DNA of 64,000 nt, taken from contig OX597826.1 in NCBI GenBank assembly GCA_951406725.2, positions 40,300,001 to 40,364,000 on the forward strand. The letters run 5' to 3'. The notes below the pieces were generated by a model. That model was not told the DNA's origin and made no database searches. It worked only from the letters and a program-made list of their open reading frames with translations. The number at the start of each line of letters is the position of its first letter. Position 1 is the stretch's first letter. The stretch is from Octopus vulgaris (Eukaryota). This document shows positions 1 to 13,211 of the stretch, one piece after another. A program made the translations under genes and the position numbers.

Positions 1-1021
1 GACATATTGTAAATACACGGCTTAAAAATATTCCAAGCAAAAATTGAAAGAAAAATATTTTCACTCATAAATGAATCGTTTGATTGCGATAACGGAGTCC
101 TCTTAATTCCTTCCAATCAAAATATTGATAATATATTTAATAGTATTTATTTATGTTCTGACTTTAAGTCTAGACCGATTTAACTCTTCTAAATTTCACG
201 TTCTATAAAACAAATGTCAGTCAAATATTAGGATCGACAGAATGTATTCTTTCCAAATATAGGCTGCCTTATGCCTAACTCATCAGTTCATGTTTGTATT
301 GAAAAAATATCTGAATATTATCCTGTAGTATATAATTTGTTATGTAACATTATGCAACTTATGCTTCTCTTGAGATAAGAAATCCTCACATACTACCCTG
401 ACTTACATTTTAGTTACCTTTTCAGAGCAATAATACTCTGTTTTAGAAACAGCAATACGCTTTCTGTGCATAGTATATTTCTGTGTGAAATACTCAACCG
501 TAATTAGAGCTTCTTCTTTAATATTTAGTTTTCACGCAAAGGATTTTCAACGAATTATCAACAGAATCCACATTTTTCATATTATTTTCCATGGTCCCTT
601 CAATTTCTGTTTTCATTTCTCTAAATTGCAATAAAGAAAACCGCTCGTAGCTGGTTCTGTTGCTTTAATTTCGTTTCCTGTTGTTGATATTAATTTTCCC
701 TATGTTCTAGTAATTGCAGCCTCATCTCAGCTCTTGCAAGCATTACTTCAAAAAGCATTGATTTTCAATAGCTTTCCATCATATAGAATATAACCCACGC
801 AACACTATTATTATGATTACCATTGCAAACTGTCTTTAGAGAGTATTTGCGTTCCTTTTGTAATTATTCTTTGCTACTTCTCCAAATAATTCATTTTGCG
901 TAAGTTATACCTCAAAAGAATTATATAAGAATCAGAAAATCACCTTTAAGTCCTCCCATATCATTTACTACAGAAAACCTGAGAGTCGGACAACATATTT
1001 TGTGGCATTTTATTACAGCTC

Positions 1022-1357
1022 TTTACGTTCTAAATTTAAACCACACAAGATCAATTTTGCACTTCATCTCTGCGGAGTAAAATACCCTACTGGAGTTGAG
1101 ATATCGAATGGACTTTGACTCTAGTTTCAGGTTTTGGCGAGCTGACTCGAGGCGACAGACTTGGAAAGTCGTTAGAGCATCATCGGAAAATAATGTTTCA
1201 TGATCTAATTTCAAACCCTACCACGATGAACTTCGCCTTTCATTCCTGCCGGTTCGATATTTGTTGCTCTCACCAATCCCAGTAGAAGTCACCTAATAAG
1301 ATGGATACCAACTAACGTCTCCCCCCAAAATTGATGGTGCTGTGCCTTAATCAGAAA
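1022..1357 (+). mobile_element. Degenerate SINE family B copy, interrupted by ~180 bp of unrelated sequence
   Basis: TTTACGTTCTAAATTTAAA at 1022 and CTTCGCCTTTCATTCCT...CCCCCCAAAATTGATGG...GTGCCTTAATCAGAAACC at 1230-1357 match the family-B core and tail seen at 42898-43118. Confidence 0.5.
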
Positions 1358-1379
1358 CCTTTTTTCTTTTTAATGTTAT

Positions 1380-2050
1380 TAACAATTATATACCTGCTTC
1401 TAGTATTTCTGAGATTTGTGCAGTATTGCGTTTTGAAGTGTTAGCTTTTTTATCAGTTTTACTTTGTTATAGTGTTTGACCATTTGGTCTTGATAGTATT
1501 CTATTATTTCTTCTGTCATATTATTTATGTGATATCATGTAGTGTCAGCTGATGATTATGTTGCAGGTGTTGTGTCATTTTATTTTGTGGTGACAGTGTA
1601 TGAGATGCACAGGTTGCGATTAGTTCCTTAATGCGCTGTATATACGTTGTGTGAAGAAAGCGAGCTGTTTGAACTGTGTTATTGAACTGAATTGATCTTG
1701 TGATGAATGGGAATCGTTCCAAATAGCGTCACTACTTAGAGTATAGAATAATATTGTAAACATTGCCAACTTGATCGCTGAGGAGAATACATTCGGAGTT
1801 GGTAAGGGCGGGATGTCAGAAATGATGTTGTCAATTGTCTCATTGTACGGGCTGCTGAAACGGAACATGTTTTTATATTTTTACAGTTATTCGTCACTGG
1901 CCATTGACGTTGTGCAGATTCTGCTAAACGTTGTGTCTACGTTTAATACAAAGTTATCGAATCAATTTTGAGATTCATTATAGTTTCCATTATTTCGATC
2001 AAACTTTATGATTATTGCTCATAAATTGACATTTGTCAATATATTTTAAG
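1380..2050 (-). mobile_element. Decayed R4/Dong-like (RLE-clade) non-LTR retrotransposon, C-terminal zinc-knuckle region
   Basis: Minus-strand translation FRFSSPYNETIDNIISD resembles the CRxCxxxxETIDHIISGC knuckle of RLE-type LINEs; frameshifted and stop-riddled. Confidence 0.5.
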
Positions 2051-2142
2051 CCCATATTTCTGCTGAACGCAGATTATAAGATTTGGCCGAAGACGTTAGC
2101 CAAGGGGTTTAGCGCTTGTCGTCGGTAATTTTGTCTGTGACG

Positions 2143-2435
2143 TACCCATGATTTCTGGGGTGAATTATTCAAACCCCAAAGAATTTCTTTCAACACATGG
2201 CTATAATGCTCCACCAATACTTCTGCTCGTGATTAGAGAGTGACATATCGTCAGTCACTAAGGGACACGCTCAACTGGTTAAGCTCAAACAACTGACAAG
2301 AAAACATATGGTATTGAGCAGAATATTTGTTGTAGCCCATACCATGACAAAACATGTACATGATAACACTTCCAATCTGTTAATATCAAAGGGTATGAGA
2401 GCCAGTGTCTGGTTTTGCAACACGGCAATTTGGCA

Positions 2436-2437
<2 letters not shown>
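2143..2437 (-). mobile_element. Partial copy of (AAT)n-associated non-autonomous retroposon (family D)
   Basis: Reverse-complement match to ~30372-30665 (CAACACATGGCTAT...CTTCTGCTCGTGAT...CTCAACTGGTTAAG...ATATTTGTTGTAGCCCAT); abuts (ATT)n. Strand is relative to the 30372 copy. Confidence 0.85.

Positions 2438-2517
<80 letters not shown>
2438..2517. repeat. (ATT)n microsatellite
   Basis: Directly visible. Confidence 0.97.
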
Positions 2518-2518
<1 letters not shown>

Positions 2519-2945
2519 TTGCCTTTGGCTTTGTATTTGTGCAAGTTGACTCCAAGTCTCACCCAGAAACCTCAAGAAATAGCAAGTTAGAAGTTCAAGT
2601 TGTCACTATGACTTGAGTGCCATATTTTTGGTTTTGCACAAAGTACTGTTCTTGAAAAGGGCTGTGAAAACATAGGGAACTTAAAAGTAGTTCGATTAAA
2701 AGACGATAGTGTGATGTTAAGATGACAGTAGAATGTGTTTGTTATTATGTACATTTAAAAGTATTTTGGCAGTTTACAGATATATATATTTTGGGTATTA
2801 CATACACAATATTTTCCGTATGATATGAGCAGTTGCCATAAGCACTATCTTTTTAATTTCTTCCATCTTGGGATTTCCTGGTATCTGGGATAGGTGTAGC
2901 AATCAGCCCCATTTGCTATCATTCCAAGGGCACTTATAACAATAA
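2515..2945 (-). mobile_element. 3' end of R4/Dong-like LINE (RLE C-terminus + 3' UTR + (TAA)n tail)
   Basis: Minus strand encodes ISALGMIANGADCYTYPRY/QEIPRWK-like residues homologous to 9190-9330; 3' UTR (GAGACTTGGAGTCAACTTG.ACAAAT.CAAA) is shared with 8997-9090 and runs into (TAA)n. Confidence 0.8.
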
Positions 2946-3011
<66 letters not shown>

Positions 3012-3464
3012 ATTTGATAGCACGCCATGGCATTTGCATGCATTGTGTGTTAGTTGTCAAAGAAACACGATGTTTATGTTTTATTTTCCTGCTGGAGATT
3101 TATTTAGTTTTTCGATTTTTACCTTTTGCTTGCTTCTCGTTAATATTTTTTCATATTTTGATTTTTGTTTTACCTAAGGGTTGTTTAGTTTTCCTTTGTT
3201 GCAGCAATCTTTTTATGGGCGGTTCTGAGAAGTAACGAAGCCATATTTTTCCTTTATGTTAGACAGTAGAATACGAAATAACGATGGAATTTTCTTTTTT
3301 TTTTTAATTAGCTTTTTGTCTAACTCCAGTGAGTGATAAGGCTTCAGAGTATTAAGTAAATCTCCTTGTGTAAAATAAAATCTAAAACAAAAAATATTTT
3401 TTCTTTCAGATACTCTTGTAATACATCGATAAATATCGTAGTAGAGTTTTACCAAGTCTGACTA

Positions 3465-3710
3465 GATGACGACGACGACGACGAAGAAAAAGAAGAAGAA
3501 GAAGAAGAAGAAGAAGAAGAAGAAGAAGAAGAAGAAGAAGAAGAAGAAGAAGAAGGAAAGGGGAAGGAGAAGGAGAAGGAGAAGGAGAAGGAGAAGAAGA
3601 AGGAGAGGAGAGGAGGAGAAGAAGAAGAAGAAGAAGAAGAAGAAGAAGAAGAAGAAGAAGAAGAAGAAAAGGAGAGGAGAAGAGGAAGAAGGGGCAGAAG
3701 AAAAAGAACA
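3465..3710. repeat. Compound (GAC)n/(AAG)n/(AGAAGG)n purine microsatellite
   Basis: Directly visible; explains the poly-K/R/S/L ORFs. Confidence 0.97.
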
Positions 3711-4439
3711 GTAATAACAACAACAAAAGACAAAACTAAGGTGGGTGATAAGAGAAGATTTAGGAATGATTTATTAATAGACATGTTTTACAAATACACA
3801 GTACATAGAATATCACTACTAACCATTACTACCCATTATATGTACCTAAGGCATATGCCCTCGTTTCTGCGGTAAAATTATGATGATGAAAACCGTAATT
3901 TATTTCCCACTAGCACCCATTTATTTCCCACTACAGAAAGATTAACAGGACGAGTGGAGATTTACAATTATGTTGTTATATAAAAACAAGACAAGCTTAG
4001 AAACGTACACAATGTATATACAAGAACAATATTTTGATACAAATAACTGCAGAAAATAGATAAACACATACATACTCAGATATACTTCCTTTTGCACATA
4101 AACGCACACGTACACACTCCTACACGCATACATTTATATATACATACAAATGTGTATGTGTGTGTGTGTGCATATACATACATAAACACATAGCTATAAA
4201 GGTAAAAAAGCTATCATACGGGTGTGCATGCTTTATTATTGACCAAGTAATATTTAACTCCACCATCTATTAGTCTCCATACAAAGTTCTTTTTCTGAAA
4301 ACGCCAGCTTATCTAGATTTTCATTTATTCACAAAACCAAGTGTACCAATCGATTTTGGGACAAATGTGAATTTACAGTCTGGATATTGAAGCTGGGTGT
4401 ACATAGTTATCCTCTTTCTCTTTGATTTTCAAAGTCATA

Positions 4440-5050
4440 TTCACATCAGCAGAGCCTTAGATCCTCCTGAGCCTCCCAGTTGCAGCAGTTAAGGTAACAT
4501 GAACTTTTACCAAATTTAGACACTTCAGTAGCCATGATTGGGGGAGTAAAGTCAAATGCCTTCCTATAATCAAGCCATATAGTTGCAAAGTTTTTAAAAT
4601 GTTTTCTTCAGACAGTATTGCTTTGTTTATCAAAAGCTGTTCGCCACACATCCACACTCCATTCTTTCCTCATGTCTACCCAATAGTCATTATGCCATTG
4701 AACTTGTAATCGTCCTGGAGGAATTGGTCGAGGCATTTTTGTACAGTTTGTACATAATTTTTAGGCAGTGGTATCTTTCTTGATTACAAGATTTGTCATT
4801 ATTATAGCAAGCCAATTTGATATGCCAATCAGACCTTCCATAGTACATTTGAATATACTTATTAGCGTTCTTTTGAAACCTGTCAGACTCTTGAATCAAT
4901 ATCCAACTATTAGGTCCCTTCTTGGTGCATTCCCATCATGCAGTTTGCCTACAGTTCTGGTGACAATTTCACGGGTCAGCTGCACATGTCTTACTCTTGG
5001 TGTTAGTACAGTAATCCTTATCGTATTTAGCCACGATATATGAATTTTGA
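4440..5050 (-). mobile_element. Decayed reverse-transcriptase fragment of R4/Dong-like LINE
   Basis: Minus-strand motifs resembling NYRPITC..MYK, GCxEQLLINKAIL and KAFDxxPQSWLLKCL (RT domains 2-3 of RLE-clade LINEs), with frameshifts. Confidence 0.8.
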
Positions 5051-7217
5051 AATCCCCTTTTTCGCTTCAGATTTTCAACCCGAATGATTCATGATCCTGA
5101 GAGGAGTAGAGTGGCGTCTTTATTAACAGTAACATTTTCCTTCTTTGTATCTCTGTATAATGCGTGTGAGTTAGAAGCAAACTAGAAGCAAATTTATACA
5201 CACTCATCAAAAAATTCGTTTGAGATAGCGAAGATTTTCGCTCAGTGCCCTGAGTTCTGGCTTTAGAGTAATTAATATTCCCTCGAGAGCTTAATGTGAA
5301 GAGTCATCATAGAATTTTTAAAATTTATTCATGAGATGTAATTGGTGAGGTGTAAACTCATTATTCTTCATTCATTTTATCGTGATTAACCATCCAGTCT
5401 AACGGTGCAGACTGTTGCTGTTTTCTTGAAGATTTTTGTTTCCCATCTAAGTTACTTCTGTTTAGTAGTTTCATTACTCTCTATACTGTAGGTTTCTCCA
5501 AATTGTTATTTGTGAGTGATAGCAGCTGTGTATATGACGATAAAAATATTCCAGCAATTGACCTCACATGATTCCGCTTGTTATCTACTGACATAGTGGA
5601 TTACTTTCAACATTGGAGGTTTTGGATTATTTTTCTTAATCTTATTAAGAACGACTTGTGGCTTAATAATAGTTTCGAAAATATAGAAAAGTTCTCTACG
5701 AACTGTGGTTTCAAGATGTTTTTAAGTTGAGTGTAGTTCACAGTTGTTTCTGGTGACTCAGCTATATTTGAAGACACACGAGAATGTAATGATGACGGTT
5801 GCAGTGTGCTTACATAATTTTCGATCTCTCTTCAGGCAGATTTAAGCGAGTACTCGGTGTTTTGAGAAGTTAGATTTACATCGCGAGTGTAAGCAATTTT
5901 TTAAAAAATAAATTCATTTTGCCGAGGTTGTTTAGCCCTAAAGGTACTTAAGTTAGGGATGAGCTTCACCCTAGTTTTTTTGACCGCTTGATATACCTGA
6001 TAGAAGAGTTTTCGAGGACTTTTTCATAGCAACGAAGTAAATCTTGGTTCAGATATGTGTATGTATGTATGCATGCATGTAAGTATGTATGTATGTACTT
6101 TGAGTTTATATATATATATGTGTATATATATGTGAGTGAAAGGGTATGTATACCGAGAGACAGACAGTCAGAAATACAGAGATAGAGATACAGAGAAATG
6201 TTGATTGTAGAATGGATTTCTTTGTTGTTCCTATGAAAGTTTTCTAGACAGTTTTCTTGAATTCATAATATAAATGCTTCCGGAAAGTTCTACTCCATTC
6301 AAGCATTTGTCCTGTAATTTCATGCTGTATCCATCATCTAGTGCCTAGGTATGTATGTGTTCGTGACTATTTCTGAAGGTATACTACATAATCTCTTTGT
6401 TCATAGTATAACTCTGGAAACTGCGTTCACGGGGGAATAAGTTGTCACGCCTCATAGGCGTCATTTTGATTCGATATTACACTGAGGAAATCACATTTAC
6501 ATCGATACACGTATATGTAGATGAAATTTTACGATATTCCGTAACTGTCAAATAAATACTTTAATAGATTCCAAAGAAATTGTATCATTCCTGAATATTG
6601 GATAGTCTTACGTCGGTTAGAGAAAAATAGGCCAATAGCACTGATATTCTAAACATTTCCGTGCGGTTAAATGCATACATGTGGGGATGTTGTAGTTGTT
6701 ACCACATCTGTGATCGAAATTGTTCATGTTAGTTTTTGTTGTCTCGAGAAGTGTCAGGCTTTTTCTTTTAATAAGTATGCAAATTACTATGAAATATTTG
6801 TATTACTTCTCTTTCTCTCCGTAGCTTTAAATGCGAGGATTTATACATCTCCACATTAACTTTTGTTGGTGGTCTTTCCGCGGAGCTATACTGTAGTGTT
6901 GACAAGTAGGAAAATAAAGAAATGTCTAACCACAGAACATTTTATCGGCTAATCTTTTTAAAGTAATATTGTAATATTTGCTAAAGAAAGCAATTCTTCC
7001 ATGCACTTTGACTTAATGAAATCCAGTAATGTAAAGAGCGATGGCTTAACATATTTGAACAAGTCGACAATATGTGATGATGATGGTGATGACAACGACG
7101 ATGACGACAATGTAGACGCCGACGATAACGATGAGGAGGAGAAAAAAAGGACGATGATGATGATAATAAATTAAGTAGTATTTTCAAAAGCAATAGTGAA
7201 TTTTTAAGTATGGTAAT

Positions 7218-7455
7218 TGAATATTTCAATTAACTCAGTGGAATGCAACAGTATTAGGAACACGCTCTTGCTAAGGATTATGGCAGATATCCGGCAATTT
7301 CTCTTCCTTTAATTCCGTCCTTCAATGGACTTTGAATTCCCATTTATTTGCAAAGTTTTGAAAGTCTCTCTTGTATTATAATTTTTTAAATCTTAGTTGG
7401 ATTATTTCACGAATTCATTATTTTCTTTGTTTGGTGATCACGTTTTCTCTTAGAA
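7218..7455 (-). pseudogene. Decayed exon-like segment paralogous to 29337-29590
   Basis: Aligns to 29337-29590; conceptual ..RTELKEE../RISAIILSKSVFLILLHSTELIEIF with frameshifts and a stop; the position of the donor reads ATTACC instead of GTAAGC. Confidence 0.5.
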
Positions 7456-7638
7456 AAACGATATGGAAATATTAATGAAGTACAAGATTATTCCCATTAA
7501 ATTATTAATAACATAAATAAATGAATTGGTGGCGGGATTGAAAGTGGAATTGGATTCATCAATAATTTCTTATTCAGATCAATTATGAATTTACTCTTTC
7601 TCATTGTTTTGGTTGTTTGCTTATACATACACAAATGT

Positions 7639-7973
7639 GGGTTCATTCCCACTGCGTGGCATCTTGGGCAAGTGTCTTCTACTATAGCCTCGGGACGACC
7701 AAAGCCTTATGAGTGGATTTGGTAGACAGAAACTGAAAGAAGCTCGTCGTATATATGTATACATACATGTATGTGTGTGTGTATGTTTGTGTCTGTCTTT
7801 GTCCCCCAACATTGCTTGACAACCGATGGTGGTGTGTTTACTTCCCCGTAATTTGGCGTTTCGGCAAAAGGGAGCCGATAGAATAAGTACTAGGCTTCCA
7901 AAGAATAATTCCAGCTCGACTAAAGGCAGTACTCCAGCATGGCCGCAGTCAAATGACTGAAACAAGTACAAGA
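7639..7973 (+). mobile_element. SINE family A (tRNA-derived, internal TA/TG microsatellite), 5'-truncated
   Basis: CCCACTGCGTGGCATCTTGGGCAAGTGTCTTCTACTATAGCCTCGGG...CCAGCATGGCCGCAGTCAAATGACTGAAACAAGTA matches 21031-21436. Confidence 0.92.
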
Positions 7974-8021
7974 AAAAAGAGAAAAAGAGAGATACAATTA
8001 TCTTAAATATGAGGGTAATAA

Positions 8022-8200
8022 ATTAAAATTTTGGGATAGGGGACCAGTCGATTACATCGATCCCAGAGTAAATGGCACTTAACTTATCGACCCGAAAGGC
8101 AAAGTCGACCTCAGCGGAATTTGGACTCAGAACGTAACAGCAGATGAAATACGGCTACGCATTTCGCCCGGCGTGCTAACGTTTCTGCCAGCTCGCCGCC
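8022..8200 (-). mobile_element. SINE family B
   Basis: Reverse complement starts GGCGGCGAGCTGGCAGAAACGTTAGCACGCCGGGCGAAATG and contains GAGGTCGACTTTGCCTTTC; matches other copies in the window. Confidence 0.9.
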
Positions 8201-8864
8201 TCTGGAATGATAATAATAATGATGGCCAAATCTGAATAAAATATTTTTTATTCAATTTTGTTTATTTGTGCCTATTGTTACGAATGTTACCGAAAGGGTA
8301 GTAGAGTGTTCCGGCTGTTTACGTTCTGTTCAAATCCTGCTGGGTTGAATGTTTCGAAGCCTATAAAGCAAAGAACTAATCAAGCACTGGTGATCTTGTA
8401 ATTGACTAAAACCTTACCTTTTGACTATGTTAGAAGCAATAGTAATTGTTGTTGTTGTTGTTGTTGTTGTTGTTACAGTTGATGTTGTTGCTGCTACTGG
8501 GGTTCTTATAGTTAACATTGGCATTGCTCACATAGAAGATATTTTAAAACTTAAATCGTGAAACAAGTTCTATGCGAGTGTATGTCAGTGTATGCGTGCG
8601 TGCATATGTGCACGACAGTGTGTTTGTATGAGTGCATTGTATATCAGTGAATGTATGTGCATAAATATATACGGGCATGCGTGTGTATATGAAAATATCT
8701 ATGTATGGTATATCTAAGAAAGGAAATACGATTAAATTTCCCAAACATAATAAAATCTTTCAAAATAATATAGTTCACTGAAGACAAGATGTGGAAAATT
8801 ATATGTGCCTATGTCTAATTCGTTGGAAGTATTTCATATCATAAACGTCATCGTTGTCGTCCAT

Positions 8865-8930
8865 CATCATCATTTATTATTATCATTATTATTATTATTA
8901 TCATTATTATGATTGTTATTATTGTTATTA

Positions 8931-8974
<44 letters not shown>

Positions 8975-8997
8975 GTTATTATTATTATTATTATTAT
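8865..8997. repeat. Imperfect (ATT)n microsatellite (tail of adjacent LINE)
   Basis: Directly visible. Confidence 0.95.
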
Positions 8998-9530
8998 ATG
9001 TTTAACTTTTGTTTGCATTTGTACAAGTTGACTCCAAGTCTCACACAGAGACCTCAAGAGACAACAGGTTGGAAGTTCATGTTGTTGTTATGCTTAGTGT
9101 GCCATATATTTGGTTTTGTATTTAATGTTGTACTAGTGAATGTCTAAAAAAAAAACATACGAAAATTATGTTTGTTTTAAAATTTGAGATTACATAGAAA
9201 GCATTTTGCGTAGGATATGAGCAGTTCCCATGAGCACTATCTTTTGAATTTCTGCCATTTTGGGGTTTCCTGGTATCTGAGTTTGGTAGCAATCAGCCCC
9301 TTTTGCTATCATTCCCAGGGCACCTATGACAACAAGTATTATTTTAGTTCAGGTTCCACATTTTGCTGATTTCTATTTCAAGAGCTTTATATTTGCTCAG
9401 TTTTTGGTAGGTCTTGACAGATAGGTTTATATCGATTGAGACTGTCATATCAATAAGGAGGCTTGTTCTTTGTCTGAAGTATTTCAATATGATGTCTGGC
9501 CTATTTGCATCTATCTTTCTATTTGCCTCT
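8997..9530 (-). mobile_element. 3' end of R4/Dong-like LINE with restriction-like endonuclease (PD-(D/E)xK) domain
   Basis: Minus strand: ANRPDIILKYFRQRTSLLIDMTVSIDINLSVKTYQKLSKYKALEIEISKMW...LVVIGALGMIAKGADCY...IPGNPKMAEIQKIVLMGTAHILRKML, then 3' UTR and (TAA)n. Confidence 0.9.
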
Positions 9531-9533
9531 AAC

Positions 9534-9627
9534 TTTCTTCTTCTTCTTCTTCTTCTTCTTCTTCTTCTTCTTCTTCTTCTTCTTCTTCTTCTTCTTCTTC
9601 TTCTTCTTCTTCTTCTTCTTCTTCTTC

Positions 9628-9686
<59 letters not shown>
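9534..9686. repeat. (CTT)n followed by (ATT)n
   Basis: Directly visible. Confidence 0.97.
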
Positions 9687-9689
9687 TCT

Positions 9690-9850
9690 TTTTATCTCAG
9701 TTCTTGTTGGAACTCCTGGAGTCTTGCATACGTAGCGGGCTTGCTGCCTGCAGCCTACGGTACCATGTTATCTGTTCTTTTCAACTATCTAATACTTTCC
9801 TAGCTATTCTGGCTGTGCTGAATAACCTTTTGAAATAGTTCTACTCTATT
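9690..9850 (-). mobile_element. Extreme 3' end of a second RLE-clade LINE subfamily
   Basis: Minus strand ELFQK../STARIARKVLD(S)* resembles the LQKxxLLGTARILRKVL terminus, followed by a short UTR and (TAA)n. Confidence 0.6.
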
Positions 9851-9862
9851 CCGATTATTATT

Positions 9863-10270
9863 TAGAGAGCAGTGCATGCCATCAAAGTGATACTGGGGTA
9901 AAATATACGAAGTCCAGTATAACCATCATGACTGCCGGTCACATAAGAGTACACCAGGCACATGCATCACAACCATATGTGCGCTATATGTGATCCATAT
10001 CAAGATTAACAGCGCATGACTTTGCAGGTGCGGCACAGTTAGAATTTTCTTCGGGTCGAGGAGCCCATCTTGCTCAAAAGGTCTCTGAATAAGGGTTGTT
10101 TAAGGTTATTGAATGAAACACCCATGTTTCCAGATGTAGAATATCGAAACCCCCAAAATTTCTTCTCAACACATGGCTCTCTTGCTCCCCCACTACTTCT
10201 GCCTATGATCAGAGATGCTCATATCGTCAGCCACTAACGGTCATGCTCAAATGGTTAAGGTCAAACAAAT
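9863..10270 (-). mobile_element. Family D retroposon, partial
   Basis: AGAGAGCAGTGCATGCCATCAAAGTGATACTGGGGTAAAATATACGAAG... is the reverse complement of ~30505-30926. Confidence 0.9.
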
Positions 10271-10304
10271 TATTATTATTATTGTTGCTGTTGTTGTTTC
10301 TTTC

Positions 10305-10509
10305 TAGGCACCGTACTTGCAGAATAGTTAGTATTCAGTGAAAATGCTTAGCGGCATTTCGTCTGTCCTTACGTCCTGTGTTCAAATGCCGCCGGACCGG
10401 ACTTTGCCTTTCATCCATTCGAGGTCGATAAATCACTTAAACAATGGGATCAATGAAATCGACTCAACCCTTCCCCCAAATTTCAGGTCTTGTGCCTATA
10501 GGAGAAAGG

Positions 10510-10547
<38 letters not shown>

Positions 10548-10700
10548 GGCGACGAACGGGCAGAATCCTTAATATTTAGGGCAAATACTCAGCGGCATTT
10601 CGTGTGTACGTCCTGAAGTTCAATTAAGTACCAGTTGATCGCAGGGGTCGATGTAATTTCACTTGTCTCCTACTCCGAAATTGCTAGGTTTGGGCTAAAA
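10305..10700 (+). mobile_element. Two tandem SINE family B copies separated by a (TTA)n tail
   Basis: AAAATGCTTAGCGGCATTTCGTC...ACTTTGCCTTTCATCC at 10340-10420 and a second head GGCGACGAACGGGCAGAATC at 10548. Confidence 0.85.
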
Positions 10701-10703
<3 letters not shown>

Positions 10704-10787
<84 letters not shown>

Positions 10788-10817
10788 CGGCAGCAGCAAC
10801 AGCAGCAGCAGCAGTAC

Positions 10818-10873
<56 letters not shown>
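10704..10873. repeat. (AGT)n/(AGC)n microsatellite
   Basis: Directly visible. Confidence 0.97.
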
Positions 10874-11184
10874 ATTTATTTTGTAGTATAGGCTTCAAAG
10901 CATTTTACTCTGGGAGAAACTCCAATTATATTTGTTTGCGTAAGAACATCTCATAACCTGCATAATGGCCTTTCAGAGCTTTTAATTTTAAACACATTTT
11001 AAAAATATATTATAATTTTATATTTATAGCCTTCATAAAATTTTGCGGTTTCTTTTTCTTTTTTTTTTCTTTTTTGTTTTCAATCAGTATGAAGCATTAT
11101 GTCATTCAAAAACCGGGTAAATAAATCGTCATATTTGCTTTAAATCTGAAGTAAATTTTTTAAAGTCATGTTGATATTTTTTAC

Positions 11185-11358
11185 ATGCTAAGCGGCATTT
11201 CGACCGTCTTCATATTTTGAGCTTAAATTCCGTCGAGGTCGACTATACTCTTCATCCTTTCGTGGTCGGTTAAAATAAGTACCTTTTGAACACCGGAGTA
11301 AATCGACTTACCCACTCCCCCGGAATTGCTGTATTTGTGCCAAAATTTAAAACCAATA
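11185..11358 (+). mobile_element. SINE family B, 5'-truncated
   Basis: ATGCTAAGCGGCATTTCG...AAATTCCGTCGAGGTCGAC...TTCATCCTTTCGTGGTCG...GTGCCAAAATTTAAAACC. Confidence 0.85.
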
Positions 11359-13211
11359 TTCTTTTACACAAAATATCCCTATGGATTATTATAAACAAAC
11401 CACAAATTTGATAATTTTATAATTCTGCAGCTGAGATAGAAATGAAGAAATTTTGGAGTTTAAGTTTTCAGTGAATTAAGTTTAGTATAGTCAGCTAAAG
11501 TGAAAAGAAGTAACATTTTAAAAATTTAGTTGAATAATCTATATTGCATGGAACATTGTTCATAAAAAAGCAATGATTTATTTTCAAGTTTCTTAACCCG
11601 AAAATATTCTATGACAGCTGAGCAGAAAGTGGAAGCAGATCAATCTTGGGAGACTGTTCTGGTGATTAATCCCTTTTATCTGATCACCATACTACAGGAA
11701 GATGAGATTTACAGTATCCCATAGTGGTGAACAACCAGTGTCTCCGACATTGGATCTCTTGCATCTTTACCATCAAGTCGATATGTCTATCGATCTTTGA
11801 CAACCTTGCAATTTGGTGCAGATTTTTCTCTTTTAAAAACTTTATTTTGTCTAAGTATCCCTGTAATAAACATATTTGTTTCTTCTATATTCAAATGTTG
11901 TTGTGAGGTGCATCATCCTTAATCAATTAAGTTTTCTATAAATCTGAAAACGCTGGTGTAGCTTCTTTGTCGATGCTTCTTGCAGACCCTCCAGTTTTCT
12001 GCATTTCATGCAAGTTCCAGCAATTCTTGAAACACATAAAGCAACTTCAATTTTCTACAAAGTTTCACTTTTTACACAATTGTTCTTTGCGTTCTTTATG
12101 TCCCTAAATATGCTTAAACCTTTCTTTTGTATGGCACGTAGCAAACAGAGTTACAAAAAGTAAATCTTTTAGTGAAGTTTTTTTTTTAATCGTTTCATAC
12201 TATCCATTCTACTGGTTCTCTTTCTAATCAGTTTTGTAGTAGCTAAAAATATTATATTTTGAGACAAGCTTTATATTTTTCTTCGTTATTTTCGAATTAT
12301 TGCAAATTATTCATATTATTGAAGACCGAAAACTCTAATAATATACACACCTTGCTGTCCATCATCGCAACACTCCTACATTATTTTCTAAACTTATAAA
12401 ATTCCGAGTTTTGTCCCCCACGGACTGTTCACGCCTAGTTTTAACCATATTTCAAAATGATGAATCAGGAATAAATCATTACTAAGCAAAAACTGTAAGG
12501 CGTACGTCCTACCATCAGTTAATGCCAAATCAAAAAAGGACGAAAAAATTGTTTAGTTTTTCATCATAATGCATTCATAAGAGTCCACTGCACGGCCGCA
12601 TTGTTTCAATTTCAGTACTTACTCCTATCTTTTTGTCCTACGTTTGACCCGCTATAATTCTATTCATTTATTTGCCCTAATTTATCATAATATTCATTTA
12701 ATATTTCGTTTTAAAGCCAAAGGAAGAGCAAACTCTGAGTAGAAACTTAAAACATAATATATTATGCTCAATAAATCGAAGAGAATCAAAATAATTTTAA
12801 ACAGATAAACAGACACTGCGGTAGAAATGTCTAAGCTTGTAACTGTTAAAAAGAGTTTCTTACTTTAGTATTTATTGTTTATTTGTTGTCCTCTTAAGAA
12901 GTTACATTTTGTAGATTGTGAGCGTATAAATATTACATCTTAGATGACGATCATGAAATAAATGTTGAATAATTAATATCTCTTTTCATCATCATTTTAT
13001 TTATGCTTTTACTTTCTATTTATTTGAATTACAAATATAAGTTAGAAAAGAAAGTAAAACATAAATAACACAAATATTCGAGAATGACAAGTGTGCACGT
13101 CATGAAATGTTCTTTCTATTGAGAGAAATTTGCTTTTATTTCATTTCTCATAAATTTTTAATGAAACGAAGACGTCCTGAGAACCTGTGGAAGAAATGTC
13201 TACTGTTTTCT

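Noticed and set aside
5805-5842. CTGAAGA-GAGATC-GAAA on the minus strand
   Set aside because: Stems I and III do not pair; likely a chance match.
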